From NCBI GenBank assembly GCA_041605955.1, contig JBFIXI010000007.1, positions 34,807-98,806 of the forward strand: a DNA stretch of 64,000 nt, given 5' to 3'. Of the stretch, positions 34,465 to 48,251 are shown piece by piece. Origin of the DNA: Acidimicrobiia bacterium (GTDB taxonomy: Bacteria > Actinomycetota > Acidimicrobiia > Spongiisociales > UBA5794). Position 1 is the stretch's first letter; the number at the start of each line of letters is the position of its first letter. A program made the translations under genes and the position numbers. Below the pieces are notes generated by a model. The model did not search any database, was not told where the DNA came from, and saw only the letters and a list, made by a program, of their open reading frames with translations.

Positions 34465-35829
34465 ATGATCGGTCGGCGCACGATCGGCGTCGTCGTCTCA
34501 TTACTGGCTGGACTGTTGGCGATGCCGGCAACCAGCACCGCGGCGACGGACGACTCGGCGGAGACGCTCGATGAGCTGCCGAAGACCCTCGAGTTGGTCC
34601 CCCACCACGGGACTACTTTCCGATGGGGTCGAGGCGCCTTCGTCGGGCCACTCGACGTGATCGTTGCCGACGGTGGACTCGGGCTGGTCGAGTCGCAGCC
34701 GCTCGACGCATATCTCACCGGGCTGCGGGAAGTGCCGGCCAGCTGGCCGGCGGCCGCTCTCGAGGCGCAGGCGGTGGCGGCGCGGTCCTTCCTCGCATGG
34801 TCGATGGCCCGGGGCCGCCGCGGGGGCGGCCAGACTTACGGCTACGACATATGCGCGACTCAGGCATGCCAGGTGTACCGGGGCAGCGCCATCGCCGCCG
34901 ATCCGGCGGCAGCGCCGTGGGTCGAGGCCGTCGAGCGAACCAGCGGTGAGGTTTTGGTGTTCGATGGTGCCCCGGCCCACACGTTCTACTCGTCGAGCGC
35001 CGGGAGCCGTACCCGCCCGGTGCAGGACGTCTGGGGCGGCTCCGGCGCGCCGTACCTCGTCGCCGTGGATTCGCCGGAGGCGGGGGTCACCCCATACGAG
35101 GAGTGGAGGGTGGAGCTCCCAGTGAACGCCTTCCAGCGAATCTTGGCAGCGGCCGGGGTCGACGTGGGCGACGCTATCAGCCGGGTGAGCGTTGATCGCC
35201 CGCCGGAGGGGGGCGGCACTTCGAGCGTCGTGGTCGCCAGCGAGGCGGGCCTCACCCGCATCAGCGCCGGGCGGTTTCGGGCGATCCTCAACCTGCACGG
35301 TCCCGACCTCTATCCCGGGCTGCTTCCGGCGAGACGCCCCAGCGGCGGCCTGTGGCCCCAGAGTGTGTTGTCGTACACGTTCGATGTCGAGTGGAAGGGA
35401 GCCGAATGGGTGGCTCCGGCCGGTTTGGTCGAGTGGCTACCCGCCGCAGATCTGCCCGCCGCCAGCGAAGTGCGGATCGTCGGCGAAGGCTGGGGCCACG
35501 GCGTCGGCATGAGTCAGTGGGGCGCCAAGGCGATGAGCGACCGGGGGGCCTCTTACGACGAGATTCTCGCCCACTACTACGGCGGGCTTCGACCCGTTGT
35601 GTTCGACCTGCCGGACCTGGTGCGAGTGGGGCTGGCCGAATTCCACTCCGAGCTCACGATCGAGGCGACCGGGCCCTTCGAATTGCGCGGTAACGGCATC
35701 TCGCTGGGTGTCGTGCCCGGCGGGGAATGGGTCTTTCGCCACATTCGAGGTGGCGTGGCGGCGGTGCCTCCGGACGAGCTGGTGGGACAGTGGGGGCTGC
35801 TCGTGCTGCAGCGGAACTGGCCTCGCTGA
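34465..35829 (+). CDS. SpoIID/LytB domain protein
   Basis: Signal peptide, then ...EAQAVAARSFLAW...YDICATQACQVYRG...HTFYSSSAGSRT...GHGVGMSQWGA SpoIID signature. Confidence 0.8.
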   Translation: MIGRRTIGVVVSLLAGLLAMPATSTAATDDSAETLDELPKTLELVPHHGTTFRWGRGAFVGPLDVIVADGGLGLVESQPLDAYLTGLREVPASWPAAALEAQAVAARSFLAWSMARGRRGGGQTYGYDICATQACQVYRGSAIAADPAAAPWVEAVERTSGEVLVFDGAPAHTFYSSSAGSRTRPVQDVWGGSGAPYLVAVDSPEAGVTPYEEWRVELPVNAFQRILAAAGVDVGDAISRVSVDRPPEGGGTSSVVVASEAGLTRISAGRFRAILNLHGPDLYPGLLPARRPSGGLWPQSVLSYTFDVEWKGAEWVAPAGLVEWLPAADLPAASEVRIVGEGWGHGVGMSQWGAKAMSDRGASYDEILAHYYGGLRPVVFDLPDLVRVGLAEFHSELTIEATGPFELRGNGISLGVVPGGEWVFRHIRGGVAAVPPDELVGQWGLLVLQRNWPR

Positions 35830-35862
35830 AGCCGCGGCGAGGGGAAGACGCCCGCAGGCCCT

Positions 35863-35868
35863 TACAAT
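35863..35868 (+). promoter_or_regulatory. Candidate -10 box TACAAT upstream of nifU-like gene
   Basis: cccttacaatggg, 48 nt upstream of ATG 35917. Followed by the palindrome CCCGGGtgggCCCGGG. Confidence 0.3.
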
Positions 35869-35916
35869 GGGATACCCGGGTGGGCCCGGGAATTCGCTTC
35901 GTGACGCAAGGGTTGA

Positions 35917-36243
35917 ATGACGGACATGTCAAGCGGAACGGAATACTCGTCCTCCATCATCGAAGTCGGCTCGGTAGACGCCACCGACACCGTGGTGTTC
36001 GACGCGCCGGAGGACAGTCCTATCGACCATGACCTGCTCCTGGAGACTCTCGAGTACATTCGGCCGGCGCTGCAGGCCGACGGAGGGGACATGATTCTGC
36101 TGGGGACGTCCGGGGGGCGGGTACATCTCCAGATGGTGGGCGCCTGCGGGGGCTGCCCGCTCTCCAGCATGACCCTGACTGCCGGGATCGAGCGGATTCT
36201 GAGCGACCGGGTGCCCGGAGTCGAGGAGATCGTCGCCACCTGA
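35917..36243 (+). CDS. NifU-like Fe-S cluster scaffold/carrier (NifU C-terminal domain)
   Basis: ...IRPALQADGGDMILLG...VHLQMVGACGGCPLSSMTL... CxxC motif. Confidence 0.8.
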   Translation: MTDMSSGTEYSSSIIEVGSVDATDTVVFDAPEDSPIDHDLLLETLEYIRPALQADGGDMILLGTSGGRVHLQMVGACGGCPLSSMTLTAGIERILSDRVPGVEEIVAT

Positions 36244-36292
36244 CCGGAGTCGCCACCAGCCAGGTGTCAGCTTGCGGGCCGGGGGCACCACC

Positions 36293-36298
36293 TAAGCT
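36293..36298 (+). promoter_or_regulatory. -10 box TAAGCT, 7 nt before meaB ATG 36306
   Basis: cctaagctggctctcATG. Confidence 0.35.
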
Positions 36299-36305
36299 GG
36301 CTCTC

Positions 36306-37250
36306 ATGGGAGCCGCCGGCGACGTCACTGCGCTCATCACGGCGGCGCGGGGGGGTGATCCGCGGGCCACCGGTCGCCTCATCTCGATCGTCGAAGACGA
36401 TGCCGTCGCCGCCGTCCCGGTGCTTCAGGCCATTTACCCCGCTTCCCATGGAGCTTGGCTCACTGGGATCACCGGCGCCCCGGGAGCCGGCAAGAGCACA
36501 CTGGCCGACCGGCTCATCTCCCGGTGGGTCGATGAAGGCCGGCGGGTTGCGGTGCTGGCGGTGGATCCGACCAGCCCGTTCACCGGCGGCGCGCTGCTGG
36601 GCGACCGAATTCGTATGCAACGCGGCGCCGCGTCCCCGGGAGTCTTGGTGCGGTCGATGGCGACGCGCGGCTGGCTCGGCGGTTTGGCGCGGGCCACCGA
36701 GCGAGTGGCCACCCTTTGTGCCGGCCTCGGCTACGACGAGGTGCTCATCGAGACGGTGGGAGTTGGTCAGTCAGAGGTCGACGTCGCAGCCGCGGCGGAC
36801 ACCACCGTTCTGGTATTGGCAGCCGGGTGGGGCGACGGCGTCCAGGTGGCGAAGGCGGGGGTGATGGAGATCGGCGACGTGTTCGTCGTCAACAAGGCGG
36901 ACCGGGCCGACGCCGCGGCCGCCGCTGCGGAGATCCGAGAGATGCTTCAGCTGGCCGCCACCGGAGACGGGTGGCAGCCTGCCGTCGTCTCCACGGTGGC
37001 GACCACCGGCGAAGGGGTGACCGACCTGGTTGCCGCGTTGAGCGATCACAGGTCCGCCCTTGGTCGCAGCGGCTCGTCGGATCGGGCAACGGGGCGCCGG
37101 CTGCGTGATCTGCAGCGGGCGCTCACCGACGAGATGGAGGCAAGGGTGTTGGCGCAGCTCGATACGCCGGAGGGAAAGCGGGCGCGCGCTGCGGTGGCCG
37201 CGGGAGATCTCGACCCGTGGTCGGCGGCCGCCGAGCTCAGCTGCAGATGA
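36306..37250 (+). CDS. meaB: Methylmalonyl-CoA mutase-associated GTPase (ArgK/MeaB family)
   Basis: P-loop GITGAPGAGKSTL, then ...VLAVDPTSPFTGGALLGDRIRM... and VVNKADR. ATG 36306 is preceded by TAAGCT-N7; the track start is GTG 36264. Confidence 0.85.
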   Translation: MGAAGDVTALITAARGGDPRATGRLISIVEDDAVAAVPVLQAIYPASHGAWLTGITGAPGAGKSTLADRLISRWVDEGRRVAVLAVDPTSPFTGGALLGDRIRMQRGAASPGVLVRSMATRGWLGGLARATERVATLCAGLGYDEVLIETVGVGQSEVDVAAAADTTVLVLAAGWGDGVQVAKAGVMEIGDVFVVNKADRADAAAAAAEIREMLQLAATGDGWQPAVVSTVATTGEGVTDLVAALSDHRSALGRSGSSDRATGRRLRDLQRALTDEMEARVLAQLDTPEGKRARAAVAAGDLDPWSAAAELSCR

Positions 37251-37342
37251 GTGACTGTTCGGCCAAGGACCCTGCCGCAGACCCCGATTAGCCTGACAGG
37301 CCCGAGCGCTGGCTGGTGGCGCTCCCGGCAAGTAGGTGAACC

Positions 37343-38113
37343 GTGAGCCTCGTTGATTACACGACCGATGGTGCCGTGGCCCTTCTGACCCTGAACCGCC
37401 CGCCGGTCAACGCGCTCAACGCCGAGCTGAGCAACGACATTGCGGCCGCGCTCACAGAGGCGCAAGACCCATCGATTCGAGCTCTGGTCATCACCGGTGC
37501 CGGCAAACATTTCGCCGCCGGGGCCGATATCGCCCGGTTCGTCGATTCCTTTGAATCGGAAGGTGACGAGGAGATGGCATCCGAGCTGGTCGACACGATC
37601 AATCAGCTCGAAGCGCTGCCCAAACCGACGATTGCGGCCATCACCGGGGCGGCTCTGGGAGGCGGCCTCGAGCTGGCCATGGGTACCGACTTCCGGTATA
37701 TGGCTGAAGACGCGCGGGTGGGACAACCGGAGATCCTCCTTGGAATCATCCCGGGGGCCGGGGGCACCCAGCGGCTGCCTCGGCTGGTGGGCTACCACCG
37801 CGCCAAGGAGATGAACCTCACCGGCCGCCACGTCCCGGCCGCTGAGGCCCTGGAGATGGGTTTGGCGGACAAGGTTGTCCCCGCCGACAAACTGCTGGAG
37901 GTCGCCTTGGAGGACGCTGCCGGATGGGCCACCGGCCCCACGCTCGGCTACGCAGCCGTAAAGCGGTCGATGAACGAAGGCTGGGGCCGGCCCATGAACG
38001 ATGCCCTCGCAGTCGAGCGCCGGGTCTTCAACGACGTGTTCCGCACCGACGACGCCAAAACGGGTATCACCGCATTCCTCAACAAGGAAACTGCGGAGTT
38101 CCGCGGGAGCTGA
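37343..38113 (+). CDS. Enoyl-CoA hydratase/isomerase family protein
   Basis: ...LTLNRPPVNALN...ITGAGKHFAAGADI...AAITGAALGGGLELAMG crotonase signature. GTG start. Confidence 0.85.
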   Translation: MSLVDYTTDGAVALLTLNRPPVNALNAELSNDIAAALTEAQDPSIRALVITGAGKHFAAGADIARFVDSFESEGDEEMASELVDTINQLEALPKPTIAAITGAALGGGLELAMGTDFRYMAEDARVGQPEILLGIIPGAGGTQRLPRLVGYHRAKEMNLTGRHVPAAEALEMGLADKVVPADKLLEVALEDAAGWATGPTLGYAAVKRSMNEGWGRPMNDALAVERRVFNDVFRTDDAKTGITAFLNKETAEFRGS

Positions 38114-38125
38114 TCCCGGCGAATC

Positions 38126-38557
38126 TCAGAAGCGTGCCGCCAGCCGAGCGAGGTTGGACTTCCAGATCCAGCGCAGGATCGGAGCGGCGGCGAGCTCACC
38201 GACCGGCCCGGCGAAGCTGAGCGGAAATCGCACGCGCTCCCGCCAGGTGACCACGGTTCCTTCGAGCGTGGACTGCAGAGCTATCTCGCCCTCCCCGCTG
38301 AACTTGCCGCGATGGGCGATGGCCATCCGCTGCGGTGGTTCCCACGCAGTGAACTCGATCTCGTCCACGGTGGTGAGCGGGCCCACCCGAGTTGGCACCC
38401 GGATCCGAGTGCCTGCCCCAGTGCGCTGTTCGGTGAGGAACTCGATCGCCTCGGCGTCACGCATCCATTCGGCGTGGCTCTCCACTTGCGCCAGGTCGGC
38501 CCATACTTCTTCGATCGGGGCTTTGACCACTACCGAGACTTCGATTTCGCGGGGCAT
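38126..38557 (-). CDS. SRPBCC (polyketide cyclase/dehydrase-like) family protein
   Basis: MPREIEVSVVVKAPIEEVWADLAQVESHAEWM... is typical of SRPBCC. ATG 38557 is preceded by TACCAT-N6. Confidence 0.7.
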   Translation of the reverse strand: MPREIEVSVVVKAPIEEVWADLAQVESHAEWMRDAEAIEFLTEQRTGAGTRIRVPTRVGPLTTVDEIEFTAWEPPQRMAIAHRGKFSGEGEIALQSTLEGTVVTWRERVRFPLSFAGPVGELAAAPILRWIWKSNLARLAARF

Positions 38558-38563
38558 CTCCCC

Positions 38564-38569
38564 ATGGTA
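38564..38569 (-). promoter_or_regulatory. -10 box TACCAT (minus strand), 6 nt before ATG 38557
   Basis: The reverse strand reads cTACCATggggagATG. Confidence 0.4.
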
Positions 38570-38646
38570 GGGGTGGCCGCGGTGCCGCGCTCCACCTATC
38601 GCGCGTCTGCTCGCTGAGTTACGGGCCACTCGTATCATCGCGAGCC

Positions 38647-39786
38647 GTGGAACGCACGGAGCGACCAAAGTGGCCGGGGAGGGTGATGGCCGCCTTCGCC
38701 ATCACTGTTCTGGTGATCGTGGTGGTGGGCACTTGGACCTACTCCAACGTGCTGCGTGATCAGCTGGTGGCGATTCGGGTTGCCGAGGTGGTCCCCGATG
38801 TCGAGGTTGCGACCGTCGGCTCGGGCCGCATAGCCGTGACCCGGACCCCCCTCACCGAGAGCGAAGGCATCTGGGGAGTCGCCGGCCCGAGCGGCTACGG
38901 CCAGGCGTCGGTTCTCATCTCAACGGGCGAGGACACGGTCGAGCGGGCGTTTCGCACGCTGCGGGGCACGTTCGAGGTTGGCGACCTGGTGGCGTTTGAT
39001 CCCATCGCCTATCCGGGAAATCCGCTGGAGGCGCACGGCATCGAATTCGAAGAGGTGAGGTTCACCGGGGATCTCGGCGTCTACCCGGCTTGGGTGATCG
39101 ACGGTGACCGGGATTCGTGGGTCGTCATCGTGCATGGGCGGGGTCCGGGTCAACGAGCCGAAGCCTTGCGGATGATCCCGGGCCTGGTAGCAGAACAGTA
39201 TCCGGTGATGGTCATGACCGTTCGCGGCGATCGGGGCGCTCCTCCAACGGCCAGTGGGCTACGCGGCTTGGGTGCCACCGAGTGGCGTGACTTGGCCGCT
39301 GCCATTGAGTACGGCTTCACCCAAGATGCGGACGAGTTCGTGCTGCTTGGACTGGACGTCGGTGCCAGCACGGTGGCGAGCTATCTGCACGAGGCCGACG
39401 ACATCACGCCGGTGAAGGGTGCGGTCTTCGACTCGGCACTGCACGATCCGGAGCGCATCGCGGATCGGTTGGCGGCGGCCCGCAACGTGCCGGCCCCGAT
39501 GCGCGGGGCCGGCAAGCTGTTGGCTTCGATACGGTTCGGCATCGACTGGAACGAGCTCGACCAGATAGACCGGGCTCCGGAGTACGCCATTCCGATCCTC
39601 GTCATGCACGGGAGCGCCGATGATGTCGCTGCGGTGGGCGATGCCGCCGAGTTCGCCGCGGCTCTCGGCTCCCTCGCTACTTATGTCGAGTTCGACGAAG
39701 GGCGCCACGGTCAGCTGTGGAACGCCGATCCGGTCAAGTACGAGGAGGCGTTACTCGGGTTCATCGCCGCGGTGCGCGCCGAATAG
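38647..39786 (+). CDS. Membrane-anchored alpha/beta hydrolase-fold protein
   Basis: N-terminal TM (MAAFAITVLVIVVVG), oxyanion VHGRG, elbow LLGLDVGAS, then MHGSADD and GRHG. GTG start at 38647; the alternative is ATG 38686. Confidence 0.65.
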   Translation: MERTERPKWPGRVMAAFAITVLVIVVVGTWTYSNVLRDQLVAIRVAEVVPDVEVATVGSGRIAVTRTPLTESEGIWGVAGPSGYGQASVLISTGEDTVERAFRTLRGTFEVGDLVAFDPIAYPGNPLEAHGIEFEEVRFTGDLGVYPAWVIDGDRDSWVVIVHGRGPGQRAEALRMIPGLVAEQYPVMVMTVRGDRGAPPTASGLRGLGATEWRDLAAAIEYGFTQDADEFVLLGLDVGASTVASYLHEADDITPVKGAVFDSALHDPERIADRLAAARNVPAPMRGAGKLLASIRFGIDWNELDQIDRAPEYAIPILVMHGSADDVAAVGDAAEFAAALGSLATYVEFDEGRHGQLWNADPVKYEEALLGFIAAVRAE

Positions 39787-39827
39787 CGGCGTCAGCCCCG
39801 TCTAGTCGGTCAACTGCGGCCCGGCCT

Positions 39828-39833
39828 TAGGAT
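39828..39833 (+). promoter_or_regulatory. -10 box TAGGAT, 6 nt before GTG 39840
   Basis: cttaggatgagtcgGTG. Confidence 0.4.
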
Positions 39834-39839
39834 GAGTCG

Positions 39840-41693
39840 GTGCGCGGTTGGTTACCTGCTTCGCTGCTTGTCGCTCTAGCCCTCGTGGTGGCCAGTTGCA
39901 CCGGCAGCGTCGCCGGTGTGCGCAACGACTGCCAACGCACCGTCGGGAGCGAGACCTCTGTGGCGCGGCTGTGGAATGAAGTGCTCCTCGACGCGATCCG
40001 GCGTGACTTCCCGGCGCCGACGGTCCATAGCCGCAATCTCTTCCATGTCTCGGCGGCGATGTGGGACGCGTGGGCAGCCTACGATCCGGTTGCGGTCGGC
40101 TACTTCGTCGACGAAGCCCACACCAGCGACGACGTGGCTGCGGCGCGCCAAATGGCGATGAGCTTCGCTGCCTACCGCATCGTCAGCCAGCGATATGCCT
40201 CCTCCTTCGGTGCTGAGGCGACTAAGGCGGATCTCGACGCGGCCATGGAAGCGCTGTGCTTGTCCACCGATTACGTCGCGATCGAAGGACAGTCTCCGGC
40301 GGCTCTGGGAAACCGGATCGCCGCTGCCGTGATGGACTTCGGCGCCGGTGACGGCGCTCGCGAGGACGACGGATATGCCGCGCTCGACTACTTCCCGGTA
40401 AACGCGCCGATGGTGGTGGCCGAGCCCGGTACCGAGATGGCCGACCCCAACCGATGGCAGCCGCTCGCCTTCGACGTGATGCTGGCCCAGAACCAGCTTC
40501 CGCTGCCGACGAACGTGCAGGAGTTCGTCGGGCCTCACTGGGGGGAGGTTGCCGGGTTTGCCCTCGAATCGGTCGAGGGGGGGTTGGCACTCGACCCGGG
40601 GGATCCCCCGTATCTGGGCGACCCGGTGACGGACGCCGCTTTCAAGGAGGCTGCCGTCGAGGTCATCCGCTACAGCTCAGAACTCGATCCGGCGGGGACC
40701 GCCGTTATCGACATCTCGCCGAGCAGGCAGGGCAACAACTCCCTGGGCACCTACGACGGCACGGGTCATCAGGTCAATCCGGCCACGGGTGAAGCCTATG
40801 CAGCCAATGTTGTGCCGTTGGCCGACTTTGGTCGGGTGGTTGCGGAGTTCTGGGCGGACGGCCCCGAGTCGGAGACGCCGCCGGGCCATTGGAACACGTT
40901 GGCCAACACGGTGTCGGACCATCCCGACCTCCTGCGTCGCATCGGCGGCGAGGGCGCCCCTGTTGATCAGCTGGAGTGGGACGTCAAGCTGTACTTCGTG
41001 CTCAACGGAGCATTGCACGATGCGGCGATTGCCGCCTGGGGAGCCAAGGGCCACTACGACTACGCCCGTCCGATCTCGATGATTCGCTACATGGGGGGCC
41101 GCGGCCAGTCTTCGGATCCGGCGGGGCCCTCCTACCACCGCGACGGCCTTCCGCTGGCCGACGGCTTGGTGGAGGTCATAACCGACGACACGAGTCGGGC
41201 CGGCGAGCGCCACGAGCATCTGCGTGATCACGTCGGCGAGATCGCCGTGAAGGCGTGGTTGGGCAATCCCTCCGATCCCGAAGCGGGTGTCGGTGGCGTC
41301 GGATGGATGCGGGCGGTCGAATGGGTGCCCTATCAGCGGGCGACGTTTGTGACGCCGGCGTTCGCCGGTTACGTGTCGGGGCACAGCACCTTCAGCCGGG
41401 CCGCCGCCGAGGTGCTGGCGGCGATCACCGGCAGCGATCACTTCCCAGGAGGTGTGGGGGAGTGGACGGTGGAGGCGGGGGGATTGGAGTTTGAGGCGGG
41501 CCCGGTCGCCGACGTCACGTTGCAGTGGGCCACCTACTACGACGCAGCCGATCAAGCCGGAATGTCCCGGCTGTACGGCGGCATCCATGTCCGCGCCGAC
41601 GACCTGGCGGGGCGAGTCATGGGCGCAGTCTGCGGGCGCAATGCTTGGGAGCTAGCGCAGCGCTACTTCAGCGGCATGATCGGGGCCTCCTAG
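39840..41693 (+). CDS. Vanadium-dependent haloperoxidase / PAP2-superfamily-like lipoprotein
   Basis: Lipobox LALVVASC. C-terminal PAFAGYVSGHSTFSRAAAEVL and SRLYGGIHVRADD acid-phosphatase/haloperoxidase motifs. GTG start preceded by TAGGAT-N6. Confidence 0.65.
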   Translation: MRGWLPASLLVALALVVASCTGSVAGVRNDCQRTVGSETSVARLWNEVLLDAIRRDFPAPTVHSRNLFHVSAAMWDAWAAYDPVAVGYFVDEAHTSDDVAAARQMAMSFAAYRIVSQRYASSFGAEATKADLDAAMEALCLSTDYVAIEGQSPAALGNRIAAAVMDFGAGDGAREDDGYAALDYFPVNAPMVVAEPGTEMADPNRWQPLAFDVMLAQNQLPLPTNVQEFVGPHWGEVAGFALESVEGGLALDPGDPPYLGDPVTDAAFKEAAVEVIRYSSELDPAGTAVIDISPSRQGNNSLGTYDGTGHQVNPATGEAYAANVVPLADFGRVVAEFWADGPESETPPGHWNTLANTVSDHPDLLRRIGGEGAPVDQLEWDVKLYFVLNGALHDAAIAAWGAKGHYDYARPISMIRYMGGRGQSSDPAGPSYHRDGLPLADGLVEVITDDTSRAGERHEHLRDHVGEIAVKAWLGNPSDPEAGVGGVGWMRAVEWVPYQRATFVTPAFAGYVSGHSTFSRAAAEVLAAITGSDHFPGGVGEWTVEAGGLEFEAGPVADVTLQWATYYDAADQAGMSRLYGGIHVRADDLAGRVMGAVCGRNAWELAQRYFSGMIGAS

Positions 41694-41754
41694 CGTGGTG
41701 GTGCCTGTGTCTGCAGCAACACCGCGTGGCCGGTAACGGGCCACCCGGCCCGAT

Positions 41755-42525
41755 TCAGGAGATGGCCGCCGGCTCGGTGGTTGTCGCGGAGGCTCCAGGG
41801 GTTACGTGTTCAGCGTCTTCGACGGTTGCCACCGTGACCCTGGCGCGGGCCAGCATGAAGAGCAACGCGTAGGCGAACAGGACAAGACCCGCCATCTCCA
41901 AGGATTCCTCGGCCGTATACAGCGCCCCGTAGACGAAATCGCCCTCGGTTCCGACGGCTTCCGTGCGGGCACCCCCCAGCATCTCGAATACGACCGCTCC
42001 CGCCAAGTAGGCACCGGCGGCGAAGGCCATCCAAGTCCTCACATGCCGTTCCAAACTCCTCCACAAGGGGTAGAAGAGCACTGCGATCACGACGACGCCC
42101 GCGCCGTACGCCACGACCCAGGGGTAATAGAGCAACCCGGTCGAATCGAACGTCTCCCGCAGCGGGTCTATGAGCTCTTCGTGGACTTGGAACAACTCGT
42201 CGAAGGACAGGAACAGGAACAACAAACTGAGGGCGAGCCATCCGCCGGCGCGTTCCGAGCCCTGCCGCTGGAGCCTCCACACGACAGCGAGGAGCACCGC
42301 ATTGAGCGCCAGCAGCAGCCCCGAATAGAAGGCGGGGATGTTCGCTTCCCCGTTCAACCGGAAAACGTCGGCGAGCCCGTCGTAGTCTGAACTGACCAAC
42401 TTCAGGAAGGCGGTCCCAACACTGGCCGCCACGAAAGCGATCGCAATGAGCCCCAACCATCGGGCCGTTCGGTATGGGCGTAACTCGAGAGTCCGGGAGA
42501 CCGGATCGTCCCTACCATCACTCAT
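41755..42525 (-). CDS. Polytopic membrane protein, unknown function
   Basis: 256 aa with about 7 hydrophobic helices. No motif recognised. Confidence 0.55.
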   Translation of the reverse strand: MSDGRDDPVSRTLELRPYRTARWLGLIAIAFVAASVGTAFLKLVSSDYDGLADVFRLNGEANIPAFYSGLLLALNAVLLAVVWRLQRQGSERAGGWLALSLLFLFLSFDELFQVHEELIDPLRETFDSTGLLYYPWVVAYGAGVVVIAVLFYPLWRSLERHVRTWMAFAAGAYLAGAVVFEMLGGARTEAVGTEGDFVYGALYTAEESLEMAGLVLFAYALLFMLARARVTVATVEDAEHVTPGASATTTEPAAIS

Positions 42526-42848
42526 ACGACTGCCCCCGAAGTACCCCGAAGCGAAACATACGCCCGCTCAACTGCTTTCCAGATCATACCTGTCTCGAAT
42601 CAGAGTGGTGTGGAATTTTTTGCCGTCCTCCACTGCGACCCGGGGGCGGGTCGATGTCTTCTCCAGCTAGTCCGTTCCCGACGGAGGCAGAGGCTTCGTT
42701 CCGTGGCCCTTTCCCGCCACCACTGCCGTCCGTCGGGACGCTGCCCAGATACCGACGCCGCTCACCGGTACCGAGTGATTTGCCCCGACGATGTCCTCTC
42801 CGTCCTTCTGACGCCCCGCATTCCAGGCTCTGCGAGAATGCGGGCGCC

Positions 42849-43966
42849 ATGCTCTACCTGGACCACGCAGCCACGACAGTTGTGCGCCCCGAGGTGCAGG
42901 CTGCCATGGCGCCTTTCGCGGCGGAGGCATTCGGCAACCCGTCGGGAATACACGGGGTGTCCCGGCACGCCAAGAACGCCTTGGAAGAGGCGCGCGAACG
43001 CGCCGCTGAGCTGCTGGGGGCGGCGCGGCCGCTGGAGATCGTGTTCACCGGAGGCGGCACCGAGGCCGACAACCTCGCCGTGGTCGGCACCGCGTTGGCG
43101 GGAGGCCGCCGGCGCCGCATCGTGACGACGGCTTTAGAGCACGAAGCCGTCCTGGAATCGGCCAGCTTCGCCGGGAGGCTGGGATGCGAGGTGGTCATCG
43201 TGGGAGTCGCCCGCACGGGGCGAGTGGATCCCGCGGAGGTCATCGCAGCGTGTGACGCCGACACCGTTGTCTCGGTGATGGCGGCCAACAACGAGACCGG
43301 CGCAATTCAACCCATTGCGGAAATCGCCGACATGCGACCCAGCGGAGCGATGCTCCACACCGACGCCGTGCAGGCCTTCATCTCCGAGGAGGTGACCGTG
43401 GCCGGCACGGGCGCCGACATGATCTCGCTGGCCGCCCACAAGCTCGGGGGGCCCAAGGGAGTCGGCCTGCTCTATGTCCGCAACGGGATCGAGCTCGAGC
43501 CGGTGATCCACGGCGGTGGGCAGGAGCTGGGCCGCCGCTCCGGGACCCACAACGTGGCCGGCATCGTCGGGCTAGTGGCGGCGATGGAGCTGAGCGTCCG
43601 CGACCGTAAGGGCTTCCGGCGCAGGGTGGGCGCCGCCCGCGACCGTTTCGAAGAGGTGCTGAGCGCCGAGCTCGGTGATGTGGTCCCGACGGTCGGCGAG
43701 CCCCGTCTCGTTCAACACAGCCACCTGCGTTTTCCGGGCGTGCCGGCGGAGACGTTGTTGATTCGGCTCGACCAGGCCGGGGTCGCCGCCGCGGCCGGAT
43801 CGGCGTGTCACAGCGGCGCCATCGAGATGTCGCACGTCTTGGAGGCCATGGGAATCACCGCATCCGCCGCCGCGGAGAGCGTTCGGTTCACGTTTGGTTG
43901 GGTCAACGACGTGAGCGACGGTGAGGATGCAGCCAAGCGGGTGGCGGCCGTCGTCGGGGAGCTGCG

Positions 43967-43970
<4 letters not shown>
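42849..43970 (+). CDS. iscS: Cysteine desulfurase (class I, NifS/IscS-like)
   Basis: MLYLDHAATT..., PLP-Lys region SLAAHKLGGPKGVG, and catalytic Cys loop AAGSACHSG. The in-frame upstream extension to 42474 was rejected because its GC3 is low. Confidence 0.85.
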
Positions 43971-48160
<4,190 letters not shown>

Positions 48161-48251
48161 GTCTCCTAGGTCCTGTCGATTAGCTGAAGCTAGTCGGCTG
48201 CAGGTTCGGCGATATGGATTGAGGTACGGGCCCGGAGCGGAATCGGTTCGG

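Noticed and set aside
42474-42848. In-frame N-terminal extension of iscS (125 codons, including ATG 42654)
   Set aside because: Third-position G/C content drops to roughly half, compared with near saturation inside iscS. The conserved MLYLDHAATT N-terminus begins at 42849. The extension also overlaps the start of the divergent membrane-protein gene.
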